A DNA stretch of 64,000 nt from the human T2T-CHM13v2.0 reference genome, Homo sapiens, in the NCBI RefSeq assembly GCF_009914755.1, contig NC_060931.1, one strand, 5' to 3'. This document shows, piece by piece, positions 13,641-28,545 of the stretch. Position numbers and translations under genes: made by a program. Numbering within the stretch: the first letter of the stretch is position 1; each line of letters opens with the position of its first letter. A model generated the notes under the pieces. It was given only the letters and a program-made list of their open reading frames with translations, was not told where the DNA came from and did no database searches.

Positions 13641-13962
13641 ACAGCAAATGTTACTGCTGATCCCCAAATATTACTGTAGAGGCCCCATGAACTACTAAAC
13701 ATAAGCGGCCGAGCATCTGCTTTAGATAGAATGAGTCTCAGAATGAGATAATAAATTATAATGGAGAGTTCCATGGGTCTAATTCCTACTTTAAGTAGGA
13801 AAGCAGCTATAATCTCAAACTAAAACCACAAAATGAACTTCTCGCTTCTAAGATGACTACATAACATTTCTGTGAAGTCTGTGTTGTGGTTTATTACACC
13901 CAGTTAGCAATTCTGCCACCAAATAGCAAGCTTGACTCTACTTTCAAATAAATGCCAAATGA

Positions 13963-14080
13963 CTTCTCTCTTTCCTTCCCTCCCTCGCTCCTTTTCTTCC
14001 TTTCTCTCTCTCTCTCTTTTCCTCTTTCCCTTCTTTCCTTTCTTTTTCCTGCTACCTTTCTTCTTCCTTAGAACCTTCTT
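13963..14080. repeat. CT-rich low-complexity (polypyrimidine) tract
   Basis: ~115 bp almost exclusively C/T. Confidence 0.9.
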
Positions 14081-15870
14081 CATAAGACCTTCGAAATAAT
14101 TAAAGATAGTACAGATAGATTAAGCCACTTTTAGGCCCAGTAATTTGACAATTTTTTGCATTAGTTTATGAGCTGTTAAATTCGTAGCTAAATGTATTCA
14201 TACTGGGAAATTTAATTGCTCCAGTAAAATGCCGAAGTTCCGTAAACCAATTTTGTGTGGAAAGTAAAGGAAATCTAATTGTTTCATCTGTTGTGTATTT
14301 TAATTAATTGTTCCTCACGAAAAACTAGGTAACAAAATGAAAGCAATAATATTTTATTTAAAATGCCCAAGAAATTCAGCAAATAATTCATAGAACATCC
14401 TTGAAAGAAAGCACAATTTAAAAAGTCTGAGGCATAACAGGTATTCAGAATAAGCCACTAGAAAGTTGAAAAATAACAATATTAGTCCACTACTTAGTCT
14501 CATATTCACTGTTTCAATGTTTTCTTTTTAGGATGATGGACTGTGCCACTTGTTAGTATATTTGTAGGCTTTTATTCCAAGTACTTTAAAATACTCTGAC
14601 TTAATTATGTTAATATTTTAAAAGAGTGAAACAATTTTGCCTATATTTTACAATAAGAAAGTTATGCCATAAACAAATGAATATTTCCCAAAAAGGCACA
14701 AATTGGATTGTTGGAACTGAGACCAGGACTATGATTGGGAATCTATCCATCTATTAATCACAAAAATACATTGTAATTCCTTGTGGTGCCCATTACTATT
14801 TGCAATGTGGTTTCACTTAAAAAAAAATCAATACAAAGAAACAGGTAAGTAACAGTAAAGAAAAATTGATGGTGACATTCTAAAATTATTTTCATTTTAT
14901 AAAGGCTGTGTGTCCACAATAAATTCTAAAATGAGATAAAAAGATCAAACTATTAATTGCTTAAAAAAATCCTGTTTAAAATAAGTTTATCATCTACACT
15001 AAACATTCTGAATTTTTATCTGAGAAAGAAAAAAGTATTTAACCCCAGTTTGAATACATTGATGATTAACACAAAATCCCTATAGAACCTCCAGTTAATT
15101 TTCTAACCCTTTGATCTCTAAAATTCTTTCATAAACCTTTCAAAGTTGTATACCAAAAACACGAAGCCCTGTTTAATAAAAATGGAAAAAGCTACAATCC
15201 TGCTCAATTCAAATCATTTTGTTTTGTGTGACTTTTAAAACATTAGAAACATATAAATATACTTTTTAGTAATTCTTATTAGAAATTTATATTATTTATG
15301 GGATGGACTATATAGAAAATTAAGGAGTTTGAGGTCAATCATTAGCATTTTAAGGTTGACACTTGGTATTACAGTTAGAGATGATCATGATTTGGACCAA
15401 CCATGTTCCAGTAAAGTGTTCTTCTTGAACTTCATATATTTTACATATAACTTTTCTGGAGTATATGTACAACATGAATATCCACATGAATTTATACAGT
15501 ATATGCTAATTTTCTCTGGGGAAGAGTGTACTATGTTGTCTGGCTATCGCTACAAATTTGTCTGAAGACATTCCTAGTACTTTTATTTTCTTACTATTTA
15601 TGTCTAAATTTTTTCTCAAATCCCCCTTGATTCATTTATAATGGTTAGTAGCATTTTAGTATTTATCTTTTCTCATTGTTTTCTAACTCTACACATTTTT
15701 AAACAATAGAATTACAGATGATGTTTTGTCATTTTTTTAAATTAATAGTCTATCATTACTAGTTTTTCCTATTCTTAACTCCCAATAGAATGAGAACTTC
15801 CAGGTAGGACCAATGCAAATCAGAAGTGACAGCTTATCACAATTATCTAAAGAATTCTATCAGTATTATT

Positions 15871-15960
15871 GGGTGTGACCAACATGGCACATGTATACAT
15901 ATGTAACCAACCTGCACGTTGTGCACATGTACCCTAGAACTTAAAGTATAATGAAAGAAA
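15871..15960 (+). mobile_element. L1PA (PA4-PA7-like) extreme 3' stub
   Basis: ACCAACATGGCACATGTATACATATGTAACCAACCTGCACGTTGTGCACATGTACCCTAGAACTTAAAGTATAAT matches the primate L1 3' terminus. Confidence 0.93.
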
Positions 15961-16019
15961 GGGAGACAGAAAGGCAGGGTTTAAACTTAAAAAAAAAAAC
16001 AAAAACAAAACCAAAAAAA

Positions 16020-16260
16020 CCTCAATAGTAAGAAAACAAACCAACCACTTGAAAAATGGGACAAATGCCCTAACAGACACCTCAAGGTGGAAAGGATGGA
16101 AAGTGTGCTTAAGGGTACAGAGTTTCTTTTTGGAGTTCTCAAGTTAGATAATGTTAATAGTCACACAGCTTTATAAATATACTAAAAAATGTTTAATTTT
16201 ACACTTTAAAAATGTAAATTTATGGTATGTGAATTACACTTCAGTAAAGCCACTATTTTA
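16020..16260 (+). mobile_element. Old L1M fragments (ORF2 and 3'UTR)
   Basis: CTCAATAGTAAGAAAACAAACCAACCACTTGAAAAATGGG...AACAGACACCTC, then GGGTACAGAGTTTCTTTTTGG...TATGGTATGTGAATTACACTTCAGTAAAGC. Confidence 0.75.
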
Positions 16261-16511
16261 AAAGATCCATTAGACAAAAAGTCATGGAACCTGGATTCTA
16301 ACTAATCAAGTGCTATCATATTTTTATAACATGACTTCAGACAAGTTTTTATACTTTCTGGCCTTGGTCTCATCTGTACAATAAAAAGCCCTTTCATTTC
16401 GGAAATTTATGGTTCTATACCTCTAGCACTGTCTTCATGAACCGTCCTTTGCTGATCTAAAAGTGACCACTCCCTGCTTTGAACTCTAATCCCATTAACT
16501 GGCTTATATGA

Positions 16512-16822
<311 letters not shown>

Positions 16823-19800
16823 TATTTGTGCTTCATCTTATCACCTTTCTAGAAATGTGAGCCAGTTGAGGAAAGACATGAAACTGTCTTGTACATGATG
16901 TGGATTCAGTGAGTTTTTACATGACTAGATACATGAAATTATTTATATTTAGTATACACTGTATGGAATTAAGCAGAGAAATCAACCATTTTTTAAAACT
17001 TTCATTCCACCAATATAAATTTCCCTAAATTTGACAAAGTTTTGATGTTAATTTTTGGCATAATAAAATTGTAAACTTTGTAGAGTTTGAAACACCATAT
17101 TAACTCTTGTTATACAGATGAGCTTCTATGCTATTCCAAAATAAATTGTGTATTATGCCATGGCAGCTTCACTGATGTTGCTATTAAACATGATGAAAAT
17201 AATCCAAAATGAAAAGAAATAAAATATTTGAACCAGTGTTACTTAATTGTAAATAATCAAGTTTTTAGTATTCTAGTAGTTGTCCTGAACTACATTGTTT
17301 TTAAGCAATAAAATCTTCCAAAAAGAGACCTCAGTAAAGTACACTATTATTAAATCTGCTTTGAGAGTTTAGGCTACTGTTTTCTTGCAATTATTGAGCT
17401 TGCAAATTCTTAAAAAATAGAAAATTATACAAGCCTTATTGCCATATCTATAACTTTCCATACTGTGTGTTTGACAAGGTGAAATTTTTAGACAAAGAAG
17501 AAAGTTGTGTATAAATGTAATCAACTGCTTTTTCTTTTTTTCTTTAAATATAAAAGACAATTATCTGAAAATAAAAAAAGAAAAAAAGAAAATTATTGGG
17601 TGTGGCAATAGTCACACTGTTAATATTATTTGTGTAATTAACAATTCTTGCCTACAGTTAGGTTTATACTGGGCAAATAACACAAATCTGGTCATGCCTT
17701 ATACAGCTCATAGGAAACCGTGCTAAAACTTTATAGTAAGAATGGGCCTGCTGAAATTAACAATTATAACTATACTCCTGGAGCATGAAAAAATGTTTAA
17801 AATAAAATTTCTGTGTTGAGTGGTTAGCACTAACTTTTCACTTAAAGAAAAAAAAAACCTAGTACTTTTTATTTGAAAAAAAAAAAGATTGAAGTGATAA
17901 GTAGTGTTTGAGAGTTGAAGTGACTCCTTTTTAAGATTTTGAAATATCTCAAAAATGTATTCATTAGAGTGCTGATTCAATTACATTTCCAGGACTGAGG
18001 AAATATATCTACCTTTTCAGCCCACTTAAGCAGAAACCTTTTCTAAGTTATTCAAGCTCTTGCAATGGGAATGGAACCTCTTTCTCTAAATCTGGTCCTC
18101 TTCCACTTCTGCTGCCTTCCTTATTTTTGCTCCACAGAGACATGCCCAACACAAAAAAACAACACTTGCCACTTTCTCATTTCGAAGAGTCAAGACAAGT
18201 GTCTTCAAACACCTGGAATTATAAGTACCTTCTCTTATCCTTCATTCTGCCATTTCTTGGAAAGAGGAATAAGAAACTAAATATAAAGGGATTAAATACA
18301 AAACTGATAGTAGGGCATTTTATTAGGACATTTAAGGTGAAGCATACATTGCAAGATCTTTTTCAAAGACTTTTTAAATGTTCCAATGAGAATTGGTTAG
18401 GTATTAACTGTGCAAATTTATTAATATATGCATCTGATTTCAGGTTCTATTAGAAAACCTGAGGTAACACAGTGATTTTCCCTGTATAATTCTCATGTTT
18501 TCAAAAACAACATAGATACCTTTGAGCTGCTGTCCTCCAAAAGCTAGACCCTGCTGCGTCATTCAGCCAAAGATATAAAACTGAATCAGGTCACATATCC
18601 AAGTACACACCTCCAGGAAGAGGCTTCCATTGATTCAGAACTCTCTATTTAAGGCAACAGTTTGACCTTAGCTATATCACTAGTTACTCAAAGTCAAGTA
18701 GTTTTAGCTGAGTCCATATTGCATAAGTGCTCATATTAAGGGGAAAAAGACATAGAGAACATCAAAATTTGCACCTTTGTTGGCAGTCTCTGTAGAAAAT
18801 CCTGGTATTGAATAGGCATGAAGACCTAACAACTCTCTGATCCCTGGAGGTGGTCATACTAGGTCAAAAATGAAGCAAATTGGTAGGCATTATGAAGGAG
18901 CTAACACAACGGGGTTCATGAACTATCTAAAAAGACTCCACTGTGACTGTACAAGTATACTTCGTGACCACTAATGTATATTTGAAAAGATATCAACAGT
19001 ATATATCAACCACATATTTTTTCTTATAACTTAAGGTTTTCTTGATTATCAGAAACTAAATAATCTACTTTCAACTACAACAAATGGATAAAGGTATTTT
19101 TTGTAAGTAGGATCTTTGCAATTCAAGTCTAGTGTGGAAATGGTAGCTTGTAAATTCCCTTAAGTCACATAATTCTTCTCATCTAATTTTGAAAAATCAC
19201 ATGATAGAACCATTAACTATATCTCTTAGTTTCCCAAAACAGAAAGTCATAGATTAAAGATCATTAATTATAACCCCCTTAATATCACACCTTCCCTCAA
19301 CTAAGGGCCAAATGCTTATCATCATTAAATATCCCACTTATAATTTTTATTCTATTTATAGTCATGCAATTATCAACAAATAAATCCTGAAATGAAAACA
19401 TTGGATGGATTCCATGTAAATAATTTTTACAAACAAATATAAATACATTGAAGAGTTCTGTTATTAAAAAGAAGTTATTGGCTATTATTATCTATAAAAC
19501 AAACAAAAACTAACAAAATACTGAGAATAATTAAAGTAAGTAAATTATTAGATCCTAGACTTCAAAGAAGCCTAATAACATAATTTTCAAGGTAACATGG
19601 ATATAAATAAAACAAAATATTTTTCCTCTTTTCTAAAAGTAATACTTCATATAGACTTAATGCTGTAACTTGACAGATTGATAATAAACATTGCTTCTGT
19701 AATGTCACTTTTATAAAACAGAAATCTTCTCAAAGTTCACTTGAGAAATCACTGCCTCCTCATATTCTTCCCTTCTCGTCATCATATAGAAATTTAGTTG

Positions 19801-20229
19801 CCAGAATCTAAAATTGTAACACCATCACCAGGAGTCACATAAAAAATGCTTTTAATATATATCATTGCAATCACTCTTAGTTCCTACATGCCTACATGAT
19901 AATTAAATATTTATTGGATTCTACCTGTTTTGCTAAAATTGAAGAAAGTACTAGGATGTGAAATTCAAAGTATTTAACAAGTGTTATGATGAAGCACTGT
20001 CCAATTAGAAGAAAAGTGGGCTAGAAATGACTGTCTCGGTATTGAGGCTGAATACTAGCCCTTCTAAGGACCCTCCTCTGTCCACATACATTCAGTAGTA
20101 TCAAGGGAAGAGAATGGGAAAAAGGCTATTCCTCCATTGCTATTTATTTAGTCATTAAGATTTTAGTTTTTAAGCTCTGTAGATTTTCATCTTCCTAGTT
20201 CATGATCACCCACTATCTCCCCCAAAATA

Positions 20230-20600
20230 GCACATGTATGGGTTCCAGATGCCACATTTATAGTCTATAGCCCTATCTCAGCCAGTCATTACATGTCTGA
20301 GTAAAGGTCAAAAGCCTGATAAAAACCAGACCAAGCAGATTCTCTCTCAAAGGGATTTGGATATGATTCAATCTCTTAGATTGACAGAGGACTCAGATAT
20401 GATTTAATCTCTTACTGTTTAACGGAGAACATGTAAATGCAGACACATGGGTTAGTCATATATGGTCCCATATACTCTGACACAATGAAATCTGGTTTAG
20501 AAAGAAACAGAGACAAAAATGGGTCACGTCAGATATCAGATTAATTTTAAATATTCACTGTTTGCTTAAGCTAGTTGAGTGGTATGTTACTTATCACCAA
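20230..20600 (+). mobile_element. Very old MaLR/ERVL LTR relic (MLT1J/K-like)
   Basis: CCAGACCAAGCAGATTCTCTCTC...GATTTG and 3' motif TTTGCTTAAGCTAGTTGAGTGG. Confidence 0.45.
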
Positions 20601-21100
20601 AAAAAAAAAACCACCTAGATTTTTAAAGGAGACAGGAAATCTGTAAAAGCAGACTCCCACAGTTTCTAGATCAAATTCACGAAAATATTTAGTATTATCA
20701 AATGAAATACATGAATATTTTAAATACAGTGCTTTAGATTCAGTCTCAAAACACTAGAAGTGTGAATATACTACACAAGAGCTAATAATTTACGTTGCAT
20801 AAGAGGTAAAACCAGTACTAAGCAGAGTTGTAATAGGGACTAAATTTGAAAAACATAGTAATAATTTGACTTAGGTATTCATATTTCTTTAAATCTTTTA
20901 CTAGTGATATTTTATCTTGTTAAAAATTCGTGGTAATAGTCAATGTTTAGGCTTATTTTAATAAAAATATTTTGTTGATAAAAGACTTCTAATATTTTCT
21001 TCTTAGTCGGGGCTTAACCTAATTTTAGTAAAAACACTTAGGAAACAAAAATCAATAATATTTTCAAGTATGATCTTGCATCTTAAATTTGTAAAGCTAG

Positions 21101-21613
21101 TATGGCAGGCAAAATAATGGCCCTTCAAAGATGGCCACATCCAAATCCCCAGAACCTGTAAATACGTGAGCTTTCATAGCAAAGGGAAATTAAGTTTGCT
21201 AATCAATGGACCTTTGGGTCCCTATTTTAAAATACAGAGATAATTCAATTATTCAGGTGGGCTCAATGTAATCACAGGGTCTTTAAAAGGGGAAAGAGGT
21301 GGCAGAAAAAAAAGAGTCAGAGAAAAAGATGAGATGGCAACACAGTGTTAGAGAGATGTTTTGTTGCCAACTTTGAAGGTGGAAGAGGGAGACCATGAAC
21401 TACAAAAAGCAGGCAAGGAGTTAGAAAAGGCAAGAAAACAAATTCTCCCCTAGAGCCTCCAGAAAGGAACTCAACCTTACTGACACTTTAATTTAGCCCA
21501 CTGAGACCTTTGTTGGACCTCTGAACTACAGAACTATAACATAATAAACATTTGTTGTTTTAAGTCACTAAGTCTGTAGTAATTTATTACAGCAGCAATG
21601 GAAAACTAATATA
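21101..21613 (+). mobile_element. MLT1D solo LTR
   Basis: TATGGCAGGCAAAATAATGGCCC start; ATTCTCCCCTAGAGCCTCCAGAAAGGAAC; ends TAATTTATTACAGCAGCAATGGAAAACTAATATA. Confidence 0.9.
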
Positions 21614-21616
21614 GGC

Positions 21617-21755
21617 CAGTTTTCTCAAATTGTTTTCTGTAACTTGCTTGTTAAAAATGCAGACTCTTTGGCCCTTCCTCAGACCTCTAAGGATCAAGAA
21701 TCTATATTACAACAAATCATGAGGATTATTGCTATGAAATTTAAGAAACATTATT
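21617..21755. mobile_element. MER5-like MITE relic
   Basis: CAGTTTTCTCAAA...CTTGTTAAAAATGCAGACTC...AAATTTAAGAAACATT. Confidence 0.6.
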
Positions 21756-23802
21756 TGAAAAGTTCTTAAAAAATAGTAAGTTGGTGTCACAAATCAGGAA
21801 CAAAGATGCAGAGTTTCACTATTCAAGTTTTCTTTGTTTAACATAGTTATAGTTGATGATATTACCATGACAATATAAATAAAGTATGTTAGTCAAGTTT
21901 AAAACTACTTTTAAAAGTGTGTGAATGTTTTAATTTTTATAGAAATAAACTCCATATTTGTTAAGAATGAAATAATAAAACATTTACAACATGAAAATAC
22001 TGAAGTTCTTCAGTTTTCCCCCTCAACTGAGTTAGAGCATCAAAATCAGAAAGTACTTTTTCTCAAAGCCGACAAAGTTGTATTTTATTTGATATCCATT
22101 GACAGAAATTGAATGTCATTAATAAAAATGAAAACAATACTATCCCCAAAGGAGAAGAATTACATTAGAATGCAAGTTTTAAAAGTGAAAACAAAAAGCA
22201 ACTAATCACATTTACCAACGTAATGATAATTTAATAAGAATACAGCTTACAAACTTGAGCAAACATAGGAAGCTCACTAGGAATACAAAATAAAAGAAAA
22301 TTATTCCAAGTATAACCAGCTATCATACTAAGTGAAAGGCAATATCAGATAAAATTAGCTTATTAGTTTATTAACTCTTTGAGGGAAATTTAAGCTTTCA
22401 ACATAGATGTGCGTTGGCAAATCCAAGTTGTTGCCACCTGGCTCTAACTTCTGTCATACAGTATCAATGATTCCATCTATCTGCTCAGAATTAATTTCAT
22501 TTAAAATATGCTGAGCTTAAAAAAAAAACAAAGTTTGAGCTTTTCCTGGTTACACTTGGTTAGGCAAAGTTCTAGGACCCTGTTACACCAACTTCCTACC
22601 CCTGGCCCATGATGCCCCCTCCTCACCTAGGGTGTTGTTCTCAGCTCTCGTGGTTAGAAACCAATTTGATCAGCTAATCTGAGATAAAATTTTAACTCAG
22701 CATGAGTTTAGGAGAGATTCCTCCAGGCATATTTACCTTTTTTAAAGAGGCCATTAAAAATGGAAAAATCTTAAAGATATGAAGGAGTCTATCTCTACTG
22801 TATCAAACAGGACAGGTTGTGGGGAAAATAATCTCAGTTTTGAGGCTTCCCAGGTCTCTTACGAATCTTGCCTTAGAGCTTGTCACCTATTATCCCTGGT
22901 GTGAAGCTTCTTCCAGCTAACAGAATTTTTAAAAGATAAATGAGAAACAGCATAAAATGGAGGAGAGAATACAAACTCCAGAGTTGGGAAATTTAGTTTT
23001 GATTGTTGGTCAAATCTCATAGCTTCTCTTGGCCTCAGCTGGCTTATTTGTAAAACAAGATCTTTAACACCCCTCCAGTGTTGTGACACTATCACTAGGG
23101 TGGATTGAAATATATCTTCTTAGTTAGTAAAAAAAAAAAAAAAAATCTCTACTTCAAGAAAACACCCAAACACCCCAAACATTGGCTATAGGGCTCCACA
23201 TATTTTATCTTTTAAATATTTTTCTTCTTGGGTCACCTATTTTCCTGAGGTAAGATAAAGTCCTATATAATGTTATGATTAGAATATCCAGTTAACTCTC
23301 ACCGAAATAGTAAAAAATTCTTTACTGATGGACAATAGTAGAGTAGGAAAAATATATATCAATCTAGTGGATAGACAGGATAAACTTAGAATAAATGCCA
23401 ATTTCAAGAATTCATCACTTTTCTATTTACCTATAGTATATGGACAGGTACTAACTTAAAATTCAAGAAAGAAGCAGGTTGAACTAATTACCTGACTGAA
23501 TTAAATAATATATAATACTTATAAAGATGTCAAGGAAGAAAATAATAGTTGAATTCTCACAAATGCAAGTGTTCTTGTTATTTTTAAACTCTTGACAGGG
23601 GAAAGGGTAATCAGAGTTGACAGCTATTGGCAAGGCACTGCATTCCACTCAGTAAACCTGTTTCTGAAAATGCAATGACAACTTTATTTGAATCAGAACC
23701 ACTTATCTCTTTTGAACTACAGGCAAAATTTAAAATGGTCCTTCTCATTTGTTTTTCTCAGTCAAGTATGTCAAAGTTTCCTTGGATTCTAATATTCTGG
23801 GA

Positions 23803-24100
23803 TAGCATTTCCCAAACTGCGTTCCAGGGAACACTAGTTTTAGGAATGCTAGTTTTCCAAGATGTTAATGGTAGAACCTTAAGAAGGCTTCTATGGGAAA
23901 TTAAACTTTGGAAACACTAGGATAGAGAAAGGAGATGGGTTTATTTACTGCAATGTTTCTCACAGCCTTTCATATGCTCATATGAACTGTACACTGCCAA
24001 CAGATGGGTACAGTGTGCAGGTGTCGAAATGTCTTTAAGAACAGAATATCTTTTTGGCCTAAAACCTGTTAACATATCATAGATGGTATGGGCAACATGG
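23803..24100. mobile_element. hAT-Charlie (Charlie4-like) DNA transposon relic
   Basis: AGCATTTCCCAAACTGCGTTCCAGGGAACACTAGTT...TTTGGAAACACT; TTTCTCACAGCCTTTCATATGCT. Confidence 0.6.
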
Positions 24101-24404
24101 CTCTATGATTTAGTTAAGAACCATTACATTCATTTAAAAATATTAATTAAAATTGCATTTGTTACTGTCTCAGCTTAAGGTCTTGAATCTCCCCCAAATA
24201 GTCTACTAAAATAAAAATACCCTTGAGGGATGGCTCATTATCCCGTTATCAATTTTTAACAGCTTAGTTCTAGATCAGTGAAAGAGAGAATGTTAGAAAA
24301 ACAAATGGAGAAAGGAAAAAGGTAACTAAATAGTATGGGAAGCTGACTATGGAGAACAAAGTAGAGCCTTAATTCTCAGTATTTAGAAGATTAAGGAGGT
24401 AAGA

Positions 24405-24868
24405 TTTAGGGTTATATGATAAAGCAGCCTAAACTAACTGCTCTAACAAAGTGCACTAAAAATGCACAATAGCTCAAATCCAATCAAAGTTCACTTATAG
24501 CTCAAATAACAGTCCAAAGTGCTTCAGTTTGGTAGCAGCCATAGGGGCAAGGCAGCTTTACTCTATTATGCAGGAGCTGGGTTGTCAATGGCTCTTCCAT
24601 CATCAACACACAGCTTCCAAGGTTAGCCTAGGAGTTGCCTCCATCCCAGTCAGTAGGAAAGAAACAGATAGTAGAGGTTCAAGCATGGGAAATATCTTGG
24701 AAACAGATCTATAATTGGTGCATATGACTTCTAGTCACATTTCTTTGGCTAGAATATTGTGATGTGGCCACAGTAACTGCAAGAGAAGCTGTGAAATGTG
24801 GTCTAGTTGATGCACAGGAAGAAAAGGAAAGCACCGACTCTAGTAAATGGATAGCAACCTTTGCTACA
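24405..24868 (-). mobile_element. Old MaLR LTR (MLT1K/L-like)
   Basis: CACATTTCTTTGGCTAGAA...GTGGCCACAGTAACTGCAAGAGAAGCTGTGAAATGTGGTCTAG...CTTTGCTACA. Confidence 0.65.
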
Positions 24869-25262
24869 TGTGTACAGGGAAAAAGAGGTAAAAATGAGGT
24901 CATAGCAGTATGTCACAAAGCACAGTAAGGCAGCAAAAAAAACCTGGTCTATATACATGCCCAGATTCTATTTGCGTGTGCCATTAAAAAATAAAAGGAA
25001 CTATTTTTGAAAAGATTAAAAATAATCCAAACATTACAAATAAGGGAGGAGTTAAGTGAATTATTGTATTCCTAAAAAGGAATAGTATGTATTCAAAAAA
25101 CATGATGTTGTAGAATAATATCTGATAATTTGGAAGGATTATCATATTATATTTAAGACACATAAATATAGTATGTTCAATATAATCTCATTTTTATAAA
25201 AACTATAAAAATGATCCTCTGGGAGAAAAAGTCTGGAAAGATAGACATTAATATGTTCTTTT

Positions 25263-25858
<596 letters not shown>

Positions 25859-26944
25859 GTTATTCTGGTGGCTATATTTGAGTATTGGTAGTATAGGTTA
25901 ATTTTCTATTTTTATGGGCAATTCTCGTTTTTGAAAATAAATATTTATTGTACTTATAATAAAATATTTCTAAATAAAAATATTAATATATAACTAAATA
26001 TACACCAATGACAAAATTTTAAAGCTGTTTTACAATAAAAGATAAAAACAAAATTAAAAATATGTACTTTATCTCTTTCCCTCACATATCTGATGGGCAA
26101 ATGTTTTTTAAAACATTAGAAAAAACCTTTTAAAAGAAATGTTGGCAGGGAAAAAGTTAATAACACCTACTTTTATTGGAATATATTTTTTATTTAATAA
26201 TTTCAATAAAGAAAAAAATTCTGAGTATTTACTATTAAGCTATGTAAACAAAAACCGATGCTATTTTGTCCCACCAATTCTCTGTTGATTGATGCATCAG
26301 GAATTACTTTCCATCAAGAGATTTGCTCAATAAAAGCCCATACATTATTTTCTGTGTATGGATCAGAATAAAAGCACAAAGCAGCAACAGCAAATAAGGA
26401 TGTATAAATCAATGATTCAAATAAATATATATGACTACATAGCCACACAAATAAGGAATTTAATTATATACATACTGTGACAATATCCTTAATGCTTTGT
26501 AACTATAAATAAATTTATAATTTCCTCCCAATAGCATGAAAACATTAAGTATCATTTAAATAACTATCTTTGTGAATTTAAGAAAATCTTAAAATGCATG
26601 GCTGTTGCCTTCACAAATAATCCTAGCCAAAGATTCAAACTTAAATATTCTAATAGATTTATAGGAAATCTAAATGGGCCACATTTTAGATCACAGAAGG
26701 ACACATTTTTATACCAACATTTATCACCCCTGCTGTACTCAGAGATAGCACCATTCTTCTAAATGTTTAATCTTAATTATTTTAGTTATACCCTAACCAG
26801 ATTATAAGTACCAAGAGGATAGAGCCCTTGCCATACTTCTTTTTCATGAGGAAGCTGAAATTGTAGAAATATCATAGGCACTGGGGTCAGACTGACTGGT
26901 TTTGATTTTTGCCTCAGAAACTCTCCTTTTCTTTGTCACTTTCC

Positions 26945-27120
26945 AAATCCAACCCTTCATTATCTGGTAGCTGGGTTGCTGTGTAAGCCTCCTAACCAGG
27001 CTCCCTAATGCCAGTGCCAATCTACTTTAAGTTAACTTACACCAGGATTGGCTTTTAAAACACAAACCTGGGAACACCATTTCTTACTTAAAAATCTATC
27101 TTGGTTTTCCAATTGTGTGA
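26945..27120 (+). mobile_element. L2 fragment
   Basis: AGCCTCCTAACCAGGCTCCCT...TTTTAAAACACAAACCTG...TACTTAAAAATCT. Confidence 0.6.
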
Positions 27121-28189
27121 TACAGAAAGTTAGACCCATTAGACCTAACTGTACTGTCCTGGGCTATAAACCCTCAACAATGGCAAAATCTGAAGTGTTG
27201 CTGGCCAAGAATAAACCTCATATTCATATTGGCACCTTTTATTAATAGCACATTTTAATGCCCTTTCTTTGTCCTCTCTTGGAAAGAAAACTTTTCTAAT
27301 TTTCATGCAATAATATGAAAATGTGTGTTTCATAATTAAAAGTAAATTTCATGAGTTACACTGGATTAGCACAAATCCTATGAGCTGTTTACATAGTACT
27401 GGTATTTCAAACCACATCATTTAGGATGATCAATGCAAAGTCTACAGAAGATTAATAAATGATAATGCTCTGAACATACAAGAAAATATTATAGCCTTGA
27501 CAAAGCATCTCTGAGGTCAAAAATGGCCCATGTCACTTCGTTTCTTGAGGCTCCCACCATGTTAAAAAATGAAGAAGGTCAAAACAGGACTACATATAGC
27601 GTGGCTTACTCTAAATGTTTATATTTAACCGATTAACATGTTCAACATTGAAAAAATGCAATGCAATATAATTCCACCATTCATAAAATAATTAGAATTT
27701 ATTATCATCATAATGAATATTTTACAATTTACTAACGGTGGTGTGGTCTAGTAATAGGAGCAAAACGCCATCATTTTTTTAATCTGGTCAGTGTGTCTTT
27801 GTCACTCCATGGTAACATTAAAAACCCTCATTTCAGGCCTTTTCTAAATGGGAAACCTAGTTCCATAGGGCCATGCTGGCCCTCCTTCTGAAGGGTATAG
27901 CAATTGTCTCCAGACCCAGACCAACTAACTAATCTACTTTTTGAAAGACACACTACTAGTAGACTCTGCTAATTGCTTAGGAAATATACAGCTCTCACAA
28001 CCATAATAGTAGTAACCCCACAGTGGTTACTATTACTACTACTACTACAATGACTTCCTATTATCTATGAATCAAAATACTTAAAAACACCTTCTTCTGG
28101 CACACATGGTTTCCACAATAACCGTCCACCCCTGACAATATTACTCTTCAGGCTTACCTTCTGCACCTGGTTGACCTACTCGACTCCAA

Positions 28190-28545
28190 ATTTAGATCAT
28201 GCTCTCCTCTTTGCTTTCACTTAGGATGTTTCCTCTGCCTGGAAAAGGCTACTCAATTTTGCCAATCATATCATATCCATTGGCCAAGACTTTTCTTAAG
28301 CATCCTCTCTTTAAAAAGAAACTGCTTGTACCTGACAGTTGTATTTTTATTTAAACCTTGACCGTATTTCATGTTTTTCATTGCATCAATTATAATACAT
28401 GCTACAATTATATGTACATTTCTTTACTTCTCTGAGAGATTATAAGTCCGTTGAAGGTATAAAAAATCTTGTAGTGCTCTACATTTTCTGTGCCCCCCAG
28501 CGTAATGCATTATATATAACAAACATTTAATAAATATTTATTAAT
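28190..28545 (+). mobile_element. L2 3' fragment
   Basis: TGTTTCCTCTGCCTGGAA...AGATTATAAGTCCGTTGAAGG...TTTAATAAATATTTATT. Confidence 0.55.

Noticed and set aside
14835-14852. Perfect donor CAG|gtaagt
   Set aside because: No well-placed acceptor or exon-like sequence; expected by chance at this scale.
28157-28240. Minus-strand exon-like block with donor AAG|gtaagc
   Set aside because: Largely L2-derived, short pyrimidine tract, stops in all frames.
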